Source: Eledone cirrhosa
Lineage: Eukaryota
DNA: 64,000 bases
Direction of reading: 5' to 3'
Assembly: GCA_964016885.1 (NCBI GenBank)
Contig: OZ024741.1
Location: 107,570,001-107,634,000 of the forward strand
Below, one piece after another: positions 56,101 through 64,000 of the stretch (positions are counted from its first letter, which is position 1; every line of letters starts with the position of its first letter). Made by a program: the position numbers and the translations under genes. The notes under the pieces were generated by a model that saw only the letters and a list, made by a program, of their open reading frames with translations, searched no databases and had not been told where the DNA came from.

Positions 56101-59100
56101 CTAGCCATCTAGTTCACCACTACACCTAACCATCCAATTCACCACTACACCTAACCATCTAGTTCACCACTACACCTAACCATCCAATTCACCACTACAC
56201 ATAATCATCTAATTCACCACTACACCTAACCATCTAGTTCACCACTACACCTAACCATCTAGTTCACCACTACACCTAACCATCTAGTTCACCACTACAC
56301 CTAACCATTCAGTTCACCACTACACCTAACCATCTAGTTCACCACAACACCTAACCACCCAGTTCACCACTACACCTAACCACCCAGTTCACCACTACAC
56401 CTAACCATCTAGTTCACCACTACACCTAACCATCTAGTTCACCACTACACCTAACCATCCAATTCACCACTACAGCTAACCATCTAGTTCACCACTACAC
56501 CTAACCATCTAGTTCACCACTACACCTAACCATCTAGTTCACCACTACACTTAACCATCCAATTCACCACTACACCTAACCACCTAGTTCACCACTACAC
56601 CTAACCATCCAATTTACCACTACACCTAACCATCTAGTTCACCACTACACCTAACCATCTAGTTCACCACTACACCTAACCATCTAGTTCACCACTACAC
56701 CTAGCCATCTAGTTCACCACTACACCTAACCATCCAATTCACCACAACACCTAACCATCTAGTTCACCACTACACCTAATCATCCAGTTCACCACTACAC
56801 CTAACCATCTAGTTCACCACTACACCTAGCCATCTAGTTCACCACTACACCTAACCATCCAATTCACCACAACACCTAACCATCTAGTTCACCACTACAC
56901 CTAACCATCTAGTTCACCACTACACCTAGCCATCTAGTTCACCACTACACCTAACCATCCAATTCACCACAACACCTAACGATCTAGTTCACCACTACAC
57001 CTAACCATCCAGTTCACCACTATACCTAGCCATCTAGTTCACCACTACACCTAACCATCCAATTCACCACAATACCTAACCATCTAGTTCACCACTACAC
57101 CTAACCATTCAGTTCACCACTACACCTAGCCATCTAGTTCACCACTACACCTAACCATCCAATTCACCACTACACCTAACCATCTAGTTCACCACTACAC
57201 CTAACCATCCAATTCACCACTACACCGAACCTTCTAGTTCACCACTACACCTAACCATCCAATCCACCACTACACCTAACCACCTAGTTCACCACTACAC
57301 CTAACCACCCAGTTCACCACTACACCTAGCCATCTAGTTCACCACTACACCTAACCATCCAATTCACCACTACACCTAACCATCTAGTTCACCACTACAC
57401 CTAACCATCCAATCCACCACTACACCTAACCACCTAGTTCACCACTACACCTAACCACCCAGTTCACCACTACACCTAGCCATCTAGTTCACCACTACAC
57501 CTAACCATCCAATTCACCACTACACCTAACCACCTAGTTTACCACTACACCTAACCATCCAATTCACCACTACACCTAACCATCTAGTTCACCACTACAC
57601 CTAACCATCCAATTCACCACTACACCTAACCACCTAGTTCACCACTAAACCTAACTATCCAATTCACCACTACACCTAACCATCTAGTTCACCACTACAC
57701 CTAACCATCCAATCCACCACTACACCTAACCACCTAGTTCACCACTACACCTAATCACCCAGTTCACCACTACACCTAGCCATCTAGTTCACCACTACAC
57801 CTAACCATCCAATTCACCACTACACCTAACCATCTAGTTCACCACTACACCTAAGCATCCAATTCACCACTACACATAACCATCTAGTTCACCACTGCAC
57901 CTAACCATCTAGTTCACCACTACACCTAACCATCTAGTTCACCACTACACCTAACCATTCAGTTCACCACTACACCTAACCATCTAGTTCACCACTACAC
58001 CTAACGATCTAGTTCACCACTACACCTAACCATCTAGTTCACCACTACACCTAACCATCTAGTTCACCACTACACCTAACCATCTAGTTCACCACTACAC
58101 CTAACGATCTAGTTCACCACTACACCTAACCATCCTGCTCACCACTACACCTAACCACCCAGTTCACCACTACACCTAACCATCCAATTCACCATTACAC
58201 CTAATCATCTAGTTCACCACTACACCTAACCATCTAGTTCACCACCACACCTAACCATCCAATTCACCATTACACCTAACCATCTAGTTCACCACTACAC
58301 CTAACCATCTAGTTCACCACTACACCTAACCATCTAGTTCACCACTACACCTAACCATCCAATTCACCACTACACCTAACCATCTAGTTCACCACGGCAC
58401 CTAACCATCCAATTCACCACTACACCTAACCATCCAATTCACCACCACACCTAACCATCCAATTCACCACTACACCTAACCAGCTAGTTCACCACTACAC
58501 CTAACCATCTAGTTCACCACGGCACCTAACCATCGAATTCACCACAACACCTAACCATCCAATTCACCACCACACCTAACCATCCAATTCACCACTACAC
58601 CTAACCAGCTAGTTCACCACTACACCTAACCATCTAGTTCACCACTACACCTAGCCATCTAGTTCACCACTACACCTAACCATCCAATTCACCACTACAC
58701 CTAACTATCCAATTCACCACTACACCTAAACATCTAGTTCACCACGGCACCTAACCATCCAATTAACCACTACACCTAACCATCCAATTCACCACCACAC
58801 CTAACCATCCAATTCACCACTACACCTAACCATCCAGTTCACCACTACACCTAACCATCTAGTTCACCACTACACCTAACCATCTAGTTCACCACTACAC
58901 CTAACCATCCAATTCACCACTACACCTAACCATCTAGTTCACCACTACACCTAACCATCTAGTTCACCACTACACCTAACCATCCAATTTACCACTACAC
59001 CTAACCATCCAGTTCACCACTACACCTAACCATCTAGTTCACCACTACACCTAACCATCTAGTTCACCACTACACCTAACCATCCAATTCACCACTACAC

Positions 59101-62100
59101 CTAACCATCTAGTTCACCTCTACACCTAACCATCTAGTTCACCACTACACCTAACCATCTAGTTCACCACCACACCTAACCATCCAGTTCACCACTAGAC
59201 CTAACCATCTAGTTCACCACTACACCTAACCATCCAATTCACCACTACACCTAACCATCTAGTTCACCACTACACCTAACCATCTAGTTCACCACTACAC
59301 CTAACCATCTAGTTCACCACTACACCTAACCATCCAATTCACCACTACACCTAACCATCCAATTCACCACTACACCTAACCATCCAATTCACCACTACAC
59401 CTAACCATCCAATTCACCACCACACCTAACCATCCAATTCACCACTACACTTAACCATCTAGTTCACCACTACACCTAACCATCTAGTTCACCACTACAC
59501 CTAACCATCCAATTCACCACTACACCTAACCATCCAATTCACCACTACACCTAACCATCCAATTCACCACCACACCTAACCATCCAATTCACCACTACAC
59601 CTAACCATCTAGTTCACCACTACACCTAACCATCTAGTTCACCACTACACCTAACCATCCAGTTCACCACTACACCTAACCATCTAGTTCACCACTACAC
59701 CTAACCATCTAGTTCACCACTACACCTAACCATCTAGTTCACCACCATACCTAACCATCCAATTCACCACTACACCTAACCATCCAGTTCACCACTACAC
59801 CTAACCATCTAGTTCACCACTACACCTAACCATCTAGTTCACCATTACACTTAACCATCTAGTTCACCACTACACCTAACCATCCAATTCACCACAACAC
59901 CTAACCATCTAGTTCACCACTACACCTAACCATCTAGTTCACCACTACACCTAACCATCCAATACACCACTACACCTAACCATCCAATTCACCACTACAC
60001 CTAACCATCTAGTTCACCACTACACCTAACCATCTAGTTCACCACTACAGTTAACCATCTAGTTCACCACTACACCTAACCATCTAGTTCACCACTACAC
60101 CTAACCATCTAGTTCACCACTACACCTAACCATCCAATTCACCACTACACCTAACCATCCAATTCACCACTACACCTAACCATCTAGTTCACCACTATAC
60201 CTAGCCATCTAGTTCACCACTACACCTAACCATCCAATTCACCACTACACCTAACCATCTAGTTCACCACTACACCTAACCATCTAGTTCACCACCACAC
60301 CTAACCATCCAATTCACCATTACACCTAACCATCTAGTTCACCACTACACCTAACCATCTAGTTCACCACTACACCTAACCATCTAGTTCACCACTACAC
60401 CTAACCATCCAATTCACCACTACACCTAACCATCTAGTTCACCACGGCACCTAACCATCCAATTCACCACTACACCTAACCATCCAATTCACCACCACAC
60501 CTAACCATCCAATTCACCACTACACCTAACCAGCTAGTTCACCACTACACCTAACCATCTAGTTCACCACGGCACCTAACCATCGAATTCACCACAACAC
60601 CTAACCATCCAATTCACCACCACACCTAACCATCCAATTCACCACTACACCTAACCAGCTAGTTCACCACTACACCTAACCATCTAGTTCACCACTACAC
60701 CTAGCCATCTAGTTCACCACTACACCTAACCATCCAATTCACCACTACACCTAACTATCCAATTCACCACTACACCTAAACATCTAGTTCACCACGGCAC
60801 CTAACCATCCAATTAACCACTACACCTAACCATCCAATTCACCACCACACCTAACCATCCAATTCACCACTACACCTAACCATCCAGTTCACCACTACAC
60901 CTAACCATCTAGTTCACCACTACACCTAACCATCTAGTTCACCACTATACCTAACCATCCAATTCACCACTACACCTAACCATCTAGTTCACCACTACAC
61001 CTAACCATCTAGTTCACCACTACACCTAACCATCCAATTTACCACTACACCTAACCATCCAGTTCACCACTACACCTAACCATCTAGTTCACCACTACAC
61101 CTAACCATCTAGTTCACCACTACACCTAACCATCCAATTCACCACTACACCTAACCATCTAGTTCACCTCTACACCTAACCATCTAGTTCACCACTACAC
61201 CTAACCATCTAGTTCACCACCACACCTAACCATCCAGTTCACCACTAGACCTAACCATCTAGTTCACCACTACACCTAACCATCCAATTCACCACTACAC
61301 CTAACCATCTAGTTCACCACTACACCTAACCATCTAGTTCACCACTACACCTAACCATCTAGTTCACCACTACACCTAACCATCCAATTCACCACTACAC
61401 CTAACCATCCAATTCACCACTACACCTAACCATCCAATTCACCACTACACCTAACCATCCAATTCACCACCACACCTAACCATCCAATTCACCACTACAC
61501 TTAACCATCTAGTTCACCACTACATCTAACCATCTAGTTCACCACTACACCTAACCATCCAATTCACCACTACACCTAACCATCCAATTCACCACTACAC
61601 CTAACCATCCAATTCACCACCACACCTAACCATCCAATTCACCACTACACCTAACCATCTAGTTCACCACTACACCTAACCATCTAGTTCACCACTACAC
61701 CTAACCATCCAGTTCACCACTACACCTAACCATCTAGTTCACCACTACACCTAACCATCTAGTTCACCACTACACCTAACCATCTAGTTCACAACCATAC
61801 CTAACCATCCAATTCACCACTACACCTAACCATCCAGTTCACCACTACACCTAACCATCTAGTTCACCACTATACCTAACCATCTAGTTCACCATTAAAC
61901 TTAACCATCTAGTTCACCACTACACCTATCCCATCCAATTTACCACAACACCTAACCATCTAGTTCACCACTACACCTAACCATCTAGTTCACCACTACA
62001 CCTAACCATCCAATTCACCACTACACCTAACCATCCAATTCACCACTACACCTAACCATCTAGTTCACCACTACACCTAACCATCTAGTTCACCACTACA

Positions 62101-64000
62101 GTTAACCATCTAGTTCACCACTACACCTAACCATCTAGTTCACCACTACACCTAACCATCTAGTTCACCACTACACCTAACCATCCAATTCACCACTACA
62201 CCTAACCATCCAATTCACCACTACACCTAACCATCTAGTTCACCACTACACCTAGCCATCTAGTTCACCACTACACCTAACCATCCAATTCACCACTACA
62301 CCTAACCATCTAGTTCACCACTACACCTAACCATCCAATTCACCACTACACATAACCATCTAGTTCACCACTACACCTAACCATCTAGTTCACCACTACA
62401 CCTAACCATCTAGTTCACCACTACACCTAACCATTCAGTTCACCACTACACCTAACCATCTAGTTCACCACTACACCTAACGATCTAGTTCACCACTACA
62501 CCTAACCATCTAGTTCACCACTACACCTAACCATCTAGTTCACCACTACACCTAACCATCTAGTTCACCACTACACCTAACGATCTAGTTCACCACTACA
62601 CCTAACCATCCTGCTCACCACTACACCTAACCACCCAGTTCACCGCTACACCTAACCATCCAATTCACCATTACACCTAACCATCTAGTTCACCACTACA
62701 CCTAACCATCTAGTTCACCACCACACCTAACCATCCAATTCACCATTACACCTAACCATCTAGTTCACCACTACACCTAACCATCTAGTTCACCACTACA
62801 CCTAACCATCTAGTTCACCACTACACCTAACCATCCAATTCACCACTACACCTAACCATCTAGTTCACCACGGCACCTAACCATCCAATTCACCACTACA
62901 CCTAACCATCCAATTCACCACCACACCTAACCATCCAATTCACCACTACACCTAACCAGCTAGTTCACCACTACACCTAACCATCTAGTTCACCACGGCA
63001 CCTAACCATCGAATTCACCACAACACCTAACCATCCAATTCACCACCACACCTAACCATCCAATTCACCACTACACCTAACCAGCTAGTTCACCACTACA
63101 CCTAACCATCTAGTTCACCACTACACCTAGCCATCTAGTTCACCACTACACCTAACCATCCAATTCACCACTACACCTAACTATCCAATTCACCACTACA
63201 CCTAAACATCTAGTTCACCACGGCACCTAACCATCCAATTAACCACTACACCTAACCATCCAATTCACCACCACACCTAACCATCCAATTCACCACTACA
63301 CCTAACCATCCAGTTCACCACTACACCTAACCATCTAGTTCACCACTACACCTAACCATCTAGTTCACCACTATACCTAACCATCCAATTCACCACTACA
63401 CCTAACCATCTAGTTCACCACTACACCTAACCATCTAGTTCACCACTACACCTAACCATCCAATTTACCACTACACCTAACCATCCAGTTCACCACTACA
63501 CCTAACCATCTAGTTCACCACTACACCTAACCATCTAGTTCACCACTACACCTAACCATCCAATTCACCACTACACCTAACCATCTAGTTCACCTCTACA
63601 CCTAACCATCTAGTTCACCACTACACCTAACCATCTAGTTCACCACCACACCTAACCATCCAGTTCACCACTAGACCTAACCATCTAGTTCACCACTACA
63701 CCTAACCATCCAATTCACCACTACACCTAACCATCTAGTTCACCACTACACCTAACCATCTAGTTCACCACTACACCTAACCATCTAGTTCACCACTACA
63801 CCTAACCATCCAATTCACCACTACACCTAACCATCCAATTCACCACTACACCCAACCATCCAATTCACCACTACACCTAACCATCCAATTCACCACCACA
63901 CCTAACCATCCAATTCACCACTACACTTAACCATCTAGTTCACCACTACACCTAACCATCTAGTTCACCACTACACCTAACCATCCAATTCACCACTACA
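41101..64000. repeat. Homogeneous 25-bp satellite (ACACCTAACCATCTAGTTCACCACT)n, runs off the window
   Basis: Roughly 900 monomers. Main variants are ATCTAG, ATCCAA and ACCCAG. Higher-order duplications present. Confidence 0.98.

Noticed and set aside
41101-64000. CRISPR-like array or coding repeat
   Set aside because: Monomers are contiguous with no unique spacers, there are no cas genes, the context is eukaryotic, and stops recur in all frames.
41101-64000. Resemblance of the 25-mer to long budding-yeast telomeric repeats
   Set aside because: The context is animal, monomer variants are propagated in kb-scale blocks (recombination rather than telomerase synthesis), and the similarity is explicable by composition.

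Overview
This is repeat-saturated, AT-rich animal genomic DNA. The SINE family and microsatellite landscape suggest a cephalopod such as Octopus (inference). I found no host protein-coding gene. Bases 1 to ~38.7 kb are a nested mobile-element field: a DD37D Tc1/mariner with intact TIRs, R4/Dong-type RLE LINEs sitting in (TAA)n and (CATA)n microsatellites, degenerate Penelope-like (RT + GIY-YIG), RTE and CR1-like LINE fragments, non-autonomous Helitrons and tRNA-derived SINEs. From ~38.7 kb to the end is a 25-bp satellite (ACACCTAACCATCTAGTTCACCACT) with kb-scale higher-order duplications. The most notable hidden signal is a dense set of type I hammerhead ribozyme (HHR) motifs, about 14 complete folds plus degenerate ones. 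They lie in small non-coding tandem or fold-back elements inserted in (TA)n. These include a 3.4 x 483-bp array with one intact HHR per unit, and a 310-312-bp family found at two loci. They look like retrozyme-type circular-RNA retroelements mobilised by Penelope-like elements. Several fold-back copies invert exactly at the HHR. All RNA folds were assigned by eye.
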